DNA of 64,000 nt. Origin: Calditrichia bacterium (GTDB taxonomy: Bacteria; Calditrichota; Calditrichia; RBG-13-44-9; J075). The position numbers and the translations under genes were made by a program. The DNA lies in the NCBI GenBank assembly GCA_050633245.1, contig JBOEGD010000001.1:240463-304462 (forward strand). The letters run 5' to 3'. How positions within the stretch are numbered: the first letter of the stretch is position 1; each line of letters begins with the position of its first letter. The notes under the pieces are model-generated. The model was not told the origin of the DNA and ran no database searches. It saw only the letters and a list, made by a program, of their open reading frames with translations. Of this stretch, positions 1 to 9,589 are shown piece after piece.

Positions 1-2657
1 TGCCTTTTCGTGGCGATAGCCCGGTAGAAGTACTCTACAAACAGCTTAACGATCAACCAAAGCCACCGTCTTTTTATAACAATACTCTTAGTCGGGCAAT
101 CGATATGGTGTTGTTTAAAGCTCTGCAAAAAGACAAGCAGCAACGCTGGGAAAACGCAAGTGCTTTTGCCAATGCGCTCAGGCGGGCATGTGATGGTGAG
201 GCCGTGGGAGAACTGGAATTGCTCAGCGAGGATGCGCCGGGAGCTCAGCGCTCCTTGTTTGTCGGACGTGATTCCGAGTTTAATACGCTACTCGGTCTTT
301 TTGCACGCTGCTCGACAGAAGAAGGGCAGGTTGCATTGATCTCCGGACAGGCCGGAGTTGGCAAAACAGCCTTGGCTGATTACTTTGTTGAAATGGCTGC
401 TGACGATGGTACTTGGACACTCTCTGCTGCCTGTTTGTATCAGGAAGGACTTGATGCCTACCGACCTTTTTTGGACGCGATAAAGGCATTCTTCCGAGAA
501 GAGGTGTTCAGACTTTCTCCCGAACACCGGCAGGCGCTGTTGGAAATCATACACGAGAAGATTCCTGTGCTCAGCGATTTTCTGGATACCCTCGAAGACG
601 ATTCAACCTCCCCGATTGCGCGGACAGAAAATTCTGCATCTAAAGCAAATATTCTCGAAGGTATTGATTATCTGTTTAGCCTGTTGGCTACAATTAAGCC
701 GGTTGTTTTTATATTGGATGACTTACAGTGGGCCGACGAGTCAACTCTGCGTCTTTTTCATTATCTCGCACGAAACGCCGAACACAACAGAATTTTAATC
801 ATCGGACTGATGCGTCTTTCTTCACAGGGGGGCGAGATTGATGAAGCTGCATATGAGGTTACGAATACGATCTCTCGCCTAAAGCGTGAAATGAATGTGT
901 CTACGATTGAATTGGCTCACCTGAGCGAGTCTGAGAGTGAACATCTACTGGACTTACTCTATCCATCGAATTTATTTAGTGCGGCCTTTTATCGCGAGAT
1001 ACATAAACAAACTACTGGAAACCCTCGCCTTCTGTTGGATGTTATGGAAACGCTAGCCGATAGCGAACAGATTTTTTGCAAAGGTGAATTTTGGCAGGAA
1101 AAGTCCGGAAAACTATCAATAACGCTCAGTGTGAATCTCGAAGACGCGTTCCCGGATCAGCTCCGCAAATTGTCTTCAGAGGAACGTGAACTGCTTGATG
1201 TTGCCTCAGTCATCGGCTATCGTTTCGATCTCGGCGTTCTGGCATCCTTAATGGATATGAAGCGTATTACTCTCTTGCGAATGCTGCGTCGAATGGAACA
1301 GGAACTGCATATTTTTAAGAGCAGCGAAGAAGGGATGCAGTTTGTATATCCGGTTTTTCGAGACATCTTATATAATGAGATTCCCTTCTTGTTGCGACAG
1401 GAATATCATCTGCTTATTGCTGAGGAGTATGAAGAAAAACCCGCTGAGGTTTTACAGGCCATTCCAGGAGATTTGGCCGGTCATTATTTGGCTGGTGGTA
1501 AGGTAGTGAAGGCGCTGCCCCTTCTTTACAAAGCTGCTGAACGTGCGTTTAATTTGATGGCCTACCGAGAAGCTGCTCACCTTCTTGATCACCTGATTTC
1601 ATTGACCGAAGAAAAAGAGTTAATCCTTCCGGATGATATTCCATCCACACAAATTTATTCCATGCTTGGCGTTTGTTATGAGGAACTCGGGGATCGGCAG
1701 CGCAGCCTGTCTATGCTAACGATTTATAAAGAACATGCTCAGCAGCAGCAGTTGATCGATAAAGAAGCAGATGCTTATCTCAAAATTGGACGTGTGCACG
1801 ATCTATTAGGGAGCTGGGATGCTGCGTTGGAAAATTATGATGCCTGCAGAGAGCTGACTACCCGGCACGAGTTATCGGATGGGTTGGGGGCAGTGCAAAA
1901 CAATATCGGAGTTGTCTATTTCCAAATGGGTGACTTTGAGAAGGCGGCTACCTATTTCAAATTGAATACAGCCGACATATCGGGCATTGCTGATAAGGAT
2001 CGGGCAAATTCTATTGCAGGATTGGGCATCTTAAGCAGCATTCGGGGGGAATATGAAGACGGGTTGGCTTACTATCGCAGTGCACTGTCTATTTATCAAA
2101 AGCTTCAGCTTCGCAAAAATCAAGCTGAGGCGTATCATAATATTGGAATGTCCTTTGCCGATGTAAATGAGACTGACAAAGCGCTACAGGCTTATAGCAC
2201 CTGCCTGAATCTCGTTCGCGATTTTGAAAGTGAACAGCTTCGCGGACTCACCTTTCTTAACATGAGTAAACTTCACGCCAAATTGTCTAACAATGATGAG
2301 GCCCACCCTTTATTGGCCAAAGCACGAAAAATCTTTCAGCGCTCTGAAGATCTTTTGAGTATTGGTGAGTGTGAATTGATCTCCGGATTACTTTATGCAA
2401 ATGTTAAAGACTACAAGTCTGCCTCCGAATGTTTTAAAGAGAGCGTTCGTATTAATTCGGAGATGAAATTTCCGGAAGGGCTTGCAGAGAGCTATCGTGC
2501 GCTCGGAGACCTGTACCTGGCGCAAGATATTGCTATAGAGGCACTCACATTTTACTCAAAAGCTGCAGAGTTATATGAAGAGATGAATTCATTGTCAAAG
2601 TTTAGTGAGCTTTCCGAGTTGGTTGCATCAATAAATGATGCGGTTAAAATAACTTAG
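1..2657 (+). CDS. Ser/Thr protein kinase - AAA/STAND-type ATPase - TPR fusion protein (5' end outside window)
   Basis: Frame is open from base 3 (PFRGDSPVEVLYKQLNDQPKPPS..IDMVLFKALQKDKQQRW, the C-terminal end of a Hanks kinase domain). Then FVGRDSE, Walker A GQAGVGKT, Walker B LDDLQWAD and many C-terminal TPR-like repeats (NNIGVVYFQMGDFEKA, HNIGMSFADVNETDKAL). Confidence 0.9.
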   Translation, partial: PFRGDSPVEVLYKQLNDQPKPPSFYNNTLSRAIDMVLFKALQKDKQQRWENASAFANALRRACDGEAVGELELLSEDAPGAQRSLFVGRDSEFNTLLGLFARCSTEEGQVALISGQAGVGKTALADYFVEMAADDGTWTLSAACLYQEGLDAYRPFLDAIKAFFREEVFRLSPEHRQALLEIIHEKIPVLSDFLDTLEDDSTSPIARTENSASKANILEGIDYLFSLLATIKPVVFILDDLQWADESTLRLFHYLARNAEHNRILIIGLMRLSSQGGEIDEAAYEVTNTISRLKREMNVSTIELAHLSESESEHLLDLLYPSNLFSAAFYREIHKQTTGNPRLLLDVMETLADSEQIFCKGEFWQEKSGKLSITLSVNLEDAFPDQLRKLSSEERELLDVASVIGYRFDLGVLASLMDMKRITLLRMLRRMEQELHIFKSSEEGMQFVYPVFRDILYNEIPFLLRQEYHLLIAEEYEEKPAEVLQAIPGDLAGHYLAGGKVVKALPLLYKAAERAFNLMAYREAAHLLDHLISLTEEKELILPDDIPSTQIYSMLGVCYEELGDRQRSLSMLTIYKEHAQQQQLIDKEADAYLKIGRVHDLLGSWDAALENYDACRELTTRHELSDGLGAVQNNIGVVYFQMGDFEKAATYFKLNTADISGIADKDRANSIAGLGILSSIRGEYEDGLAYYRSALSIYQKLQLRKNQAEAYHNIGMSFADVNETDKALQAYSTCLNLVRDFESEQLRGLTFLNMSKLHAKLSNNDEAHPLLAKARKIFQRSEDLLSIGECELISGLLYANVKDYKSASECFKESVRINSEMKFPEGLAESYRALGDLYLAQDIAIEALTFYSKAAELYEEMNSLSKFSELSELVASINDAVKIT

Positions 2658-2692
2658 ATCCAGAACTGTTTTGAAATTTGATCGGTGATAGT

Positions 2693-3679
2693 ATGTCTGA
2701 AACAATACAAGTTGATAAAGACCTGCGATTGGAAAACCAGCGTTTGCTCGCCGAGTTGGAAGATGCTTACAAAAGTATGGAGGCAATGTTAGCCCAACAT
2801 TCGCATGAGAACAAAATCACCTACCAGGAACTTCTGCTTAAAGTAAATGCCTTGGAAAATCTGAACAAGGCGTTGACGGATAAAGAAAATAAGCTAATCA
2901 ACTTGCAAAAAATGTCTTCGGTCGGATACTTTGTGGCCAACATTATTCACGAATTGAGTACGCCTCTAACCATCATCTCCGGTAGTGCCGAGCTCGCGCG
3001 TATGAAGGGCTGTACGCCTGCTGTGCACGATTATTTAAAAGTGATCTCTGAAAGTGTTGTGAGGCTCTACGATTTACTCGACCGTTTTCGTGGTATCTAC
3101 GGCAGTGAAACAGAAACATTTAAGGTGTTTGATCTTGGCGAGCATCTGCGTTACACCATGGAAACCGTTTCGATTATAATGCCGTCTCATATAAATCTGG
3201 AATTGACAATTCCTGATAGGGCAATTCCGGTTGAGGGGGATTCTGATCAGCTTATGCAAATCTACCTTAATATTTGTAAAAATGCCTTTGATGAGCTGCT
3301 TAACTGCGGCAACAGCTTGAGTGTTAAGGTCATAACTCTGCCCGCGAAGCAGTTACATGAAGAATTCAACGATACATATGCCTTTAGCCAGACTAGTACA
3401 GACTGGAGAAACATTGTTTCGCATCATGAGCAATTTGCTGCTGTGCGTTTTGGAGACAATGGTGGTGGTATTGCGCAAGAGCGTCTTCACAGAGTATTTG
3501 AAGCCTATCATACGTCGAAGCCTGAAGGAGAAGGCACCGGGTTAGGGCTTTCGATTTCTTCAGATATTATAACCAGACATAATGGCAATCTTGGCGTAGC
3601 CTCGGAAGAGGGAGTGGGGACTGAGTTTGTGGTATTAGTCCCGCTTGCCAGTCAATCTGATGGGAGAGAAAAGACATGA
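2693..3679 (+). CDS. Cytoplasmic histidine kinase with N-terminal coiled coil and no evident sensor domain
   Basis: H-box IIHELSTPL, N-box QIYLNICKNA, G1 DNGGGI, G2 GTGLGL. No TM segment. ATG at 2693 preferred over TTG at 2678. Confidence 0.9.
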   Translation: MSETIQVDKDLRLENQRLLAELEDAYKSMEAMLAQHSHENKITYQELLLKVNALENLNKALTDKENKLINLQKMSSVGYFVANIIHELSTPLTIISGSAELARMKGCTPAVHDYLKVISESVVRLYDLLDRFRGIYGSETETFKVFDLGEHLRYTMETVSIIMPSHINLELTIPDRAIPVEGDSDQLMQIYLNICKNAFDELLNCGNSLSVKVITLPAKQLHEEFNDTYAFSQTSTDWRNIVSHHEQFAAVRFGDNGGGIAQERLHRVFEAYHTSKPEGEGTGLGLSISSDIITRHNGNLGVASEEGVGTEFVVLVPLASQSDGREKT

Positions 3680-3960
3680 CAATTACATGTAAGAAGTGCA
3701 GCAATAGCATGGAGCAGGCAGATAAATTCTGTGGGGCCTGTGGTGCCCCGAAAGAAAAGAATGTCGCCCCGCTGTTGGGAACCAAGGTCGATATGCAGCT
3801 CAGCGATATTCGCTACAATCTGGCGCAGGTTTATGTAAAAAAAGGCGACTTTCAAAAAGCACTGAACGTTTTCGAAAAGCTGCTGGAAGAAAATCCTGAC
3901 AACTCGGAAATCCAGCTTCAGATAAATAGTCTAAAGAGTATGCTCGAAGTGAGCTCATAA
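3676..3960 (+). CDS. Small zinc-ribbon + single TPR protein
   Basis: CKKC-x10-CGAC, then YNLAQVYVKKGDFQKALNVFEKLLEENPDN. ATGA overlap with the upstream kinase stop. Confidence 0.85.
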   Translation: MTITCKKCSNSMEQADKFCGACGAPKEKNVAPLLGTKVDMQLSDIRYNLAQVYVKKGDFQKALNVFEKLLEENPDNSEIQLQINSLKSMLEVSS

Positions 3961-3979
3961 TACGATACCGGGGTCTGTT

Positions 3980-4369
3980 ATGCAAAAACATAGATGTGAA
4001 GAATGTAGTCACCTTAATAAAGAATCTAATCAGTTCTGCAGCAATTGCGGCGTTTCGCTAAATGATGAGCTAAAATATGGTCCACGATTGGTAATGATCT
4101 ACGGAGACAATAACGAGGTGATTTTTCCTTTACGGGAAGACTATGTATCTATCGGAAGAGATAGTGAAAATCACATTGTTTTGGGCGACGAAAAAATCTC
4201 AAAAAATCATGCTGCAATCGTAAAAACGGACGACTTTTTTGCTATTAAAGATTTGGATAGCCGCAACGGTGTCTACGTGAACGGAACGAAAGTTGAAACG
4301 TTGCAAAAAATCTCCGGCGAAAGCCTGATTAAGCTCGGCTTTACGTTTCTTCGATTTAAGGAGAATTGA
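3980..4369 (+). CDS. Zinc-ribbon + FHA domain protein
   Basis: CEEC-x10-CSNC, then FHA signature IGRD..ISKNHA..DLDSRNGVYVNG..IKLG. Confidence 0.92.
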   Translation: MQKHRCEECSHLNKESNQFCSNCGVSLNDELKYGPRLVMIYGDNNEVIFPLREDYVSIGRDSENHIVLGDEKISKNHAAIVKTDDFFAIKDLDSRNGVYVNGTKVETLQKISGESLIKLGFTFLRFKEN

Positions 4370-4414
4370 CAGAAAAAAACAGGATGTGGGATAATTTTCC
4401 TGGGAGGGAACACA

Positions 4415-6055
4415 ATGAAATGTAACGGATTCTATAAAACTATTGTTCTACTGACTTTTTTCTTCTGCTTTGCCTGCCAACAAAATGAAGAAACCAACCA
4501 CGATGGAACCGCTTCACAACCTACACCCGGCGGCACCCTGATTGTTGGTATTCCGCAGGACATAGACACCTTCAATCCGCTCTTTAGCGAATCGATGGTT
4601 GCCAGCGAGATTACCCATTTATTGCTTCCCGGGCTTGCTGACCTCGATGCCAAGTCTCGTTTTGTGCCACAAACTTCTTCCTCCTGGAAATACTCCGATG
4701 GCGGCAAAAAGCTAACATATTTCCTGCACAAAAACGTACGCTGGACCGATGGGACTCCCCTTACTGCCTCCGATGTGGTTTTTACATATGAACTATTAAA
4801 AGATGAGCGCGTTGGTAGTCCGAAACGCCAGTGGGTAGAGCTGATAGAAAAAGTTGAGGCCATTGACTCGTTTCAGGTGATGTTTACTTTTGCCCAGCCT
4901 TACCCGCTGAGTATCTTCGATACTGCTGGTGAGATACTCCCCAGGCATTACCTGATAAATGCTGAACGCACTCAGCTGAACTCTCATGCTTTTGGCAGAG
5001 AGCCGCTCTCATTTGGTCCGTATTTTCTGAAGCGCTGGAAGACCAGGCAGTTTATCGAACTCGCTGCAAATGACAACTTCTTTCGGGCTTCGCCATTTTT
5101 AAAAAGCCTCTTTTTTAAAGTGATTCCGGACGAGAACAATCTGCTTATCCAGCTGCAAACCGGTGAAATTGATATGGCGATTGATGTGCCTGTTGATAAG
5201 GTTAAAGAAACGGTTTTAGCCAATCCCAATTTGAATGTCTACCCGCTATCTGGCCGTCTCTACTATTATCTCGGATACAATGAGGCACAGAAAAAGTTTG
5301 CTTCAACTCGTGTTCGCAGGGCTCTTACAATGGCCGTAAACCGCCAAATGATGATCGATGCCTTACTGGACGGCTATGGTCGTATTTGTCTCGGTCCCAT
5401 TCCTCCAATGTTGTCGTGGGCATATAACGACACCATTCAGGAGATTCCGTTTAATCAGCAGCAGGCTAAAAAGCTGCTTGCCGAGGAAGGGTGGATCGAT
5501 AGCGACGGAGACGGATGGTTAGATAAGGATGGCGATACGTTTAATTTTGTTCTGAATACCGATGCCGGTAATGGTCGAAAGAAGGATATAGCCGTTGTTA
5601 TTCAGGATCAGCTTAGGCAAATAGGGGTTAAAGTAGATATTAACCTTTTGGAATGGGGCAGCTTGATTAATCGTTTGGGAAAGCGCGATTTTGAAGCGTA
5701 TATCGGTGGCTGGAATACCCCTGTCTATATTGATCCGACGCCGATTTTTCACTCTTCCTCTGTCGATCTGTTTAATCATGGTGGCTACGCCAATTCCCGC
5801 GTAGATGAATTAATCGAGCAGGGGAGAGAGGAACTGGATCAGAATAAAGCGGGTGAAATTTGGAAAGAGCTGCAGGCTATTATTTATAGCGAACAGCACT
5901 ATAATTTCCTGTTTTGGGTCGATCGTCTGGTTCTTATCGATAAGCGCTTTAAAAACGTTACACCTATTCCGCTTAGCGCACTCTACAATATCGAAAATTG
6001 GTATGACGCCTCCCAGTCTCTGAAACATTTGACAGCCGCCGCCGATGGTGACTGA
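4415..6055 (+). CDS. Peptide/nickel ABC transporter substrate-binding lipoprotein (family 5)
   Basis: Lipobox FFCFAC; PGGTLIVG, TFNPL, WTDGTPLTASDVVFT, GPYFL, VRRAL..AVNR motifs. Confidence 0.93.
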   Translation: MKCNGFYKTIVLLTFFFCFACQQNEETNHDGTASQPTPGGTLIVGIPQDIDTFNPLFSESMVASEITHLLLPGLADLDAKSRFVPQTSSSWKYSDGGKKLTYFLHKNVRWTDGTPLTASDVVFTYELLKDERVGSPKRQWVELIEKVEAIDSFQVMFTFAQPYPLSIFDTAGEILPRHYLINAERTQLNSHAFGREPLSFGPYFLKRWKTRQFIELAANDNFFRASPFLKSLFFKVIPDENNLLIQLQTGEIDMAIDVPVDKVKETVLANPNLNVYPLSGRLYYYLGYNEAQKKFASTRVRRALTMAVNRQMMIDALLDGYGRICLGPIPPMLSWAYNDTIQEIPFNQQQAKKLLAEEGWIDSDGDGWLDKDGDTFNFVLNTDAGNGRKKDIAVVIQDQLRQIGVKVDINLLEWGSLINRLGKRDFEAYIGGWNTPVYIDPTPIFHSSSVDLFNHGGYANSRVDELIEQGREELDQNKAGEIWKELQAIIYSEQHYNFLFWVDRLVLIDKRFKNVTPIPLSALYNIENWYDASQSLKHLTAAADGD

Positions 6056-6890
6056 TTTCGAAGACATGGATAACAATTTCAGAGTGGGTTCCAGTGGGGC
6101 TCAGCTGAACTCAAACTTGCTGTCTGTTCATCAACTTACGCTCGGGATTGCAGGAAGAAAATCCCGAATAACGCTGTTGGAAGATATTTCTTTTTCTCTT
6201 AAAGAGGGGGAATGCCTTGGGGTTATCGGCGAGTCTGGTGCGGGAAAAAGTATGTTGGCACATGTGCTATTAGGTGTTCAGCCGGCAGATGCGCAAGTTG
6301 CCTCAGGTTTCATCTGCTTTGCCAACAAACTACTTAATCCTGAAAACCCTAAAGACTGGCAATCGATTCGTGGCAATGAAATATCTATGGTTTTTCAAAA
6401 TGCAGCGGAAGCATTAAATCCGCTGATTACTGTTGGAAAACAGGTTCAAAGGGTAATTGCAACTCACGGCTCGATGTCTGATTCCATGGCGCACAAACGG
6501 GTTTTATACCTATTTGAAGAGATGAATCTCAATAATCCGGAAATGGTTTTTAACTGTTTCCCGCATCAGCTAAGCGGTGGCATGAATCAACGTGTTATGT
6601 TGGCTATGGCACTTTGCGGTTCCCCACGCCTTGTTATTGCTGATGAACCAACTTCTGCGCTCGACAATGAATCCCGCGATAGAGTGCTTTCTCTGCTTGC
6701 GGCCTTTAAAAAAAAGCTTGGTTTCGCGCTTATCTTTATTACACACAACATCGAGCTCGCGGCTGGTATTGCAGACTCGCTTGTGGTAATGAAAGACGGA
6801 CGAATTGTTGAACAAGGTGTTTCCGACGTTCTGCTGACAGCCCCAACTCATCACTACACCATGCAGATATTAGACGGGCAGCTTCCATGA
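6045..6890 (+). CDS. Oligopeptide ABC transporter ATP-binding subunit (OppD/DppD-like)
   Basis: GESGAGKS, FPHQLSGGMNQR, IADEPT, FITH. Confidence 0.93.
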   Translation: MVTDFEDMDNNFRVGSSGAQLNSNLLSVHQLTLGIAGRKSRITLLEDISFSLKEGECLGVIGESGAGKSMLAHVLLGVQPADAQVASGFICFANKLLNPENPKDWQSIRGNEISMVFQNAAEALNPLITVGKQVQRVIATHGSMSDSMAHKRVLYLFEEMNLNNPEMVFNCFPHQLSGGMNQRVMLAMALCGSPRLVIADEPTSALDNESRDRVLSLLAAFKKKLGFALIFITHNIELAAGIADSLVVMKDGRIVEQGVSDVLLTAPTHHYTMQILDGQLP

Positions 6891-7672
6891 TAGCAGATAA
6901 TGTGTCTCCGGTATTGTGCATTCAAAATTTGTGCAAAAGTTATCAGCAAAGTCATCGGATGCTGTCTGCATCGGATCGTTTTTACGCCATCAGAGATGTT
7001 AGCCTGGAGTTATTTAAGGGCGAGTTTGTTGCTCTTTCCGGGCCTTCCGGAAGTGGAAAGTCGACGTTGGGTCGCTGCATTGTATCGCAAGTGCAACCAG
7101 ACTCCGGCGCCGTTATCTATTGCGGTGAGGATCTCTCACACTTAACCGGAAAACAACTTGCCCATCGACGCAAATGTATTCAGTATATCTTTCAAAATGG
7201 CGCAGGAGCGCTTAATCCACGACAATCAATTGCCGGTTGCTTGAAGGAGGCTATTGCTGCAAATACGTCTTCTGCTGAGCATGCAACAGTTGCCGGACTG
7301 CTTGAGATGGTTGGATTAACTTCATCCTTAGAAAGTCGTTATCCGCATCAGCTTAGCGGAGGTCAGCAGCAGCGAGTTTGTATTGCGCGTGCATTGTCCG
7401 TTCACCCGCGTATAATAATTGCCGATGAACCGACCTCAGCGCTCGATGCTCCGCGGCGCAGGCAAATTGTTCAGTTGTTTTTGACATTGCAGCAGCGCCT
7501 TAATTTAACGATTCTCTGGATTACGCACGATCTTGCAGCCGTAGAACAACATGCTGATCGCATATTGCTTATGGATTGTGGCAGATTGAAGTCAGAACAT
7601 TCATCGTGTAATGTCAATTCTGCAGTACTTCATCCTGGACCGGAAACTATACCGACAGGTGAAGACCAGTGA
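6887..7672 (+). CDS. Oligopeptide ABC transporter ATP-binding subunit (OppF/DppF-like)
   Basis: GPSGSGKST, YPHQLSGGQQQR, IADEPT, ITHD. ATGA overlap with the upstream gene. Confidence 0.93.
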   Translation: MIADNVSPVLCIQNLCKSYQQSHRMLSASDRFYAIRDVSLELFKGEFVALSGPSGSGKSTLGRCIVSQVQPDSGAVIYCGEDLSHLTGKQLAHRRKCIQYIFQNGAGALNPRQSIAGCLKEAIAANTSSAEHATVAGLLEMVGLTSSLESRYPHQLSGGQQQRVCIARALSVHPRIIIADEPTSALDAPRRRQIVQLFLTLQQRLNLTILWITHDLAAVEQHADRILLMDCGRLKSEHSSCNVNSAVLHPGPETIPTGEDQ

Positions 7673-8643
7673 TTCGCTACATCTTATACCGTTCTGGTTA
7701 TTCTCTACTGCTTGTTTGGGGCATAGTCACCTTTACTTTCCTTCTGCTAAACGCAGTGCCGGGAGATCCGTCTACAATTTATTTACGACCGGATATCGAT
7801 GCAGAAACCCTTTATTACCTGCGAAAGCATATGGGACTGGATCTGCCTATTTGGCAACGCTATTGGAATTGGCTTTTCGCGGCATCAAAAGGAATTCTGG
7901 GCATTTCATTTACGCATCACCGGCCGGTTCTCGATCTGCTTGCTGAAGCTTTGCCCAATACGCTGAGACTAACTATAGTTGTTTTTTTTCTGCAGCTGTT
8001 TGGAGGAATTGGTCTTGCCATCGTGATGGCCCTGATTCGTCGGCCGGTTATTCTAAAAGGCATAGAGTCTACTTTGGCCATTTGCTATTCTCTCCCCGGT
8101 TTTGTAATTGCATTATTTCTGATTTATGTGTTCTCGTATCAGCTCAATTGGTTGCCTTCAGGTCAGATGCAAAGCATGTTGCCAACCGAAGGGCGTGGAT
8201 ATTTAGGCGATTTGTTTCGGCATACTCTTTTACCGGCGTTGGCGTTTGCCATTCCGCTTGGTGCGTTTACAGCAAGACTCACCTATGGCAACCTGTGCGA
8301 AGTGCTATCAAAACCCTATATTCGAACGGCTCAGGCTTATGGCATTTCCCGCACACGCATACTCTTTTCCGATGCCCTGCGAAATGCCCTGCTTCCTTTA
8401 ATTACAATGTCCGGACTATTCTTTCCGGTTTTGCTGGGCGGTTCGGTTATTATAGAAAATGTTTTTGCATGGCCGGGTATGGGAACAATTGCTGTTCAGG
8501 CAGTGCATGCCTATGACTATCCGGTAATAATAGCAGTCTCAATTATCTCTGCCATATCAATTGTTATTGGCAATCTGCTTGCGGATATCCTTTACGTAGT
8601 ATGCGATCCGCGCATAAACCTTCACAATCAGGTTCAGGTATGA
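7669..8643 (+). CDS. Oligopeptide ABC transporter permease (OppB/DppB-like)
   Basis: MIRYILYR..VPGDP..GLDLP, YIRTAQAYG..ALRNA, IENVFAWPGMG, DYPVI, DPRI. Confidence 0.93.
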   Translation: MIRYILYRSGYSLLLVWGIVTFTFLLLNAVPGDPSTIYLRPDIDAETLYYLRKHMGLDLPIWQRYWNWLFAASKGILGISFTHHRPVLDLLAEALPNTLRLTIVVFFLQLFGGIGLAIVMALIRRPVILKGIESTLAICYSLPGFVIALFLIYVFSYQLNWLPSGQMQSMLPTEGRGYLGDLFRHTLLPALAFAIPLGAFTARLTYGNLCEVLSKPYIRTAQAYGISRTRILFSDALRNALLPLITMSGLFFPVLLGGSVIIENVFAWPGMGTIAVQAVHAYDYPVIIAVSIISAISIVIGNLLADILYVVCDPRINLHNQVQV

Positions 8644-9494
8644 GTTACTTGTATCTCAGCAATCTGGTTCATTCAGCCCGGGCGAAACGAGAGTCTGTTG
8701 CGAGTAATCCGATCCTTTGGCTTGCCGGTGCAGCTCTTTTTACCTTATTGCTGATCAGCTTTTCCAGCACAATGATGCTTGCCATTGATCCATTTCAACA
8801 CGGAGATTTGTTGATGGATCGCTATAAGCCACCCTCTTATGAGCATCTTTTTGGAACCGACAAGTTTGGTCGGGACGTTTTAGCAAGAACTCTCTATGGC
8901 GCACGCATATCATTGCTAATAGCTATTGGCGTGGTTTTGGTCGCTTTTTTTATTGGCACGTTGTATGGCCTTATTTCGGGCTATGCCGGGGGCTGGCTAG
9001 ATCAAGGGATGATGTATGTGCTGGATTTTTTGCTGGCATTTCCAGCAATCTTCTTACTCATGTTCTTACTTGCAATGTTTCAAATGAATCATTGGTGGCT
9101 TATTCCCATTCTTGGATTAACAGGCTGGATGGAAACAGCAAGATTGGTGCGAGCTGAGGTGCTCACCGTAAAGGAACGCGATTTCATGCATGCGGCAATT
9201 GGTTTAGGTTTATCGCGCTGGCGGATTATCAGTAGACATATTTTGCCAAACGTGCTCACATCTGTTCTGATTACAATTCCGTTTAAGGTTGCAGACGTCA
9301 TTCTTCTGGAATCGGCACTCAGCTTTTTGGGGCTCGGCGTCCAACCTCCAATCCCAAGTTGGGGGAATTTGATAAATGACGGCCGAAGTGTCTTGTTGAG
9401 CGCGTGGTGGATTTCTACAGCACCTGCATTGTTCATATTATTCACTACCCTTATCTTTAATGTGATTGGAGATCGTCTGCGGAAACAGCTATGA
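8640..9494 (+). CDS. Oligopeptide ABC transporter permease (OppC/DppC-like)
   Basis: HLFGTDKFGRDV..YGARISL, RHILPN, LESALSFLGLG..PSWG. ATG at 8640 overlaps the upstream TGA. Confidence 0.93.
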   Translation: MSYLYLSNLVHSARAKRESVASNPILWLAGAALFTLLLISFSSTMMLAIDPFQHGDLLMDRYKPPSYEHLFGTDKFGRDVLARTLYGARISLLIAIGVVLVAFFIGTLYGLISGYAGGWLDQGMMYVLDFLLAFPAIFLLMFLLAMFQMNHWWLIPILGLTGWMETARLVRAEVLTVKERDFMHAAIGLGLSRWRIISRHILPNVLTSVLITIPFKVADVILLESALSFLGLGVQPPIPSWGNLINDGRSVLLSAWWISTAPALFILFTTLIFNVIGDRLRKQL

Positions 9495-9589
9495 CAATTT
9501 TCCGTCGCTGCTGAAAAGAGGTATAAAATTGTCATATTCCTGCCAATTTCATCCGACACTATTACTGGAGACTTAGAAAAGAGGTAAGG

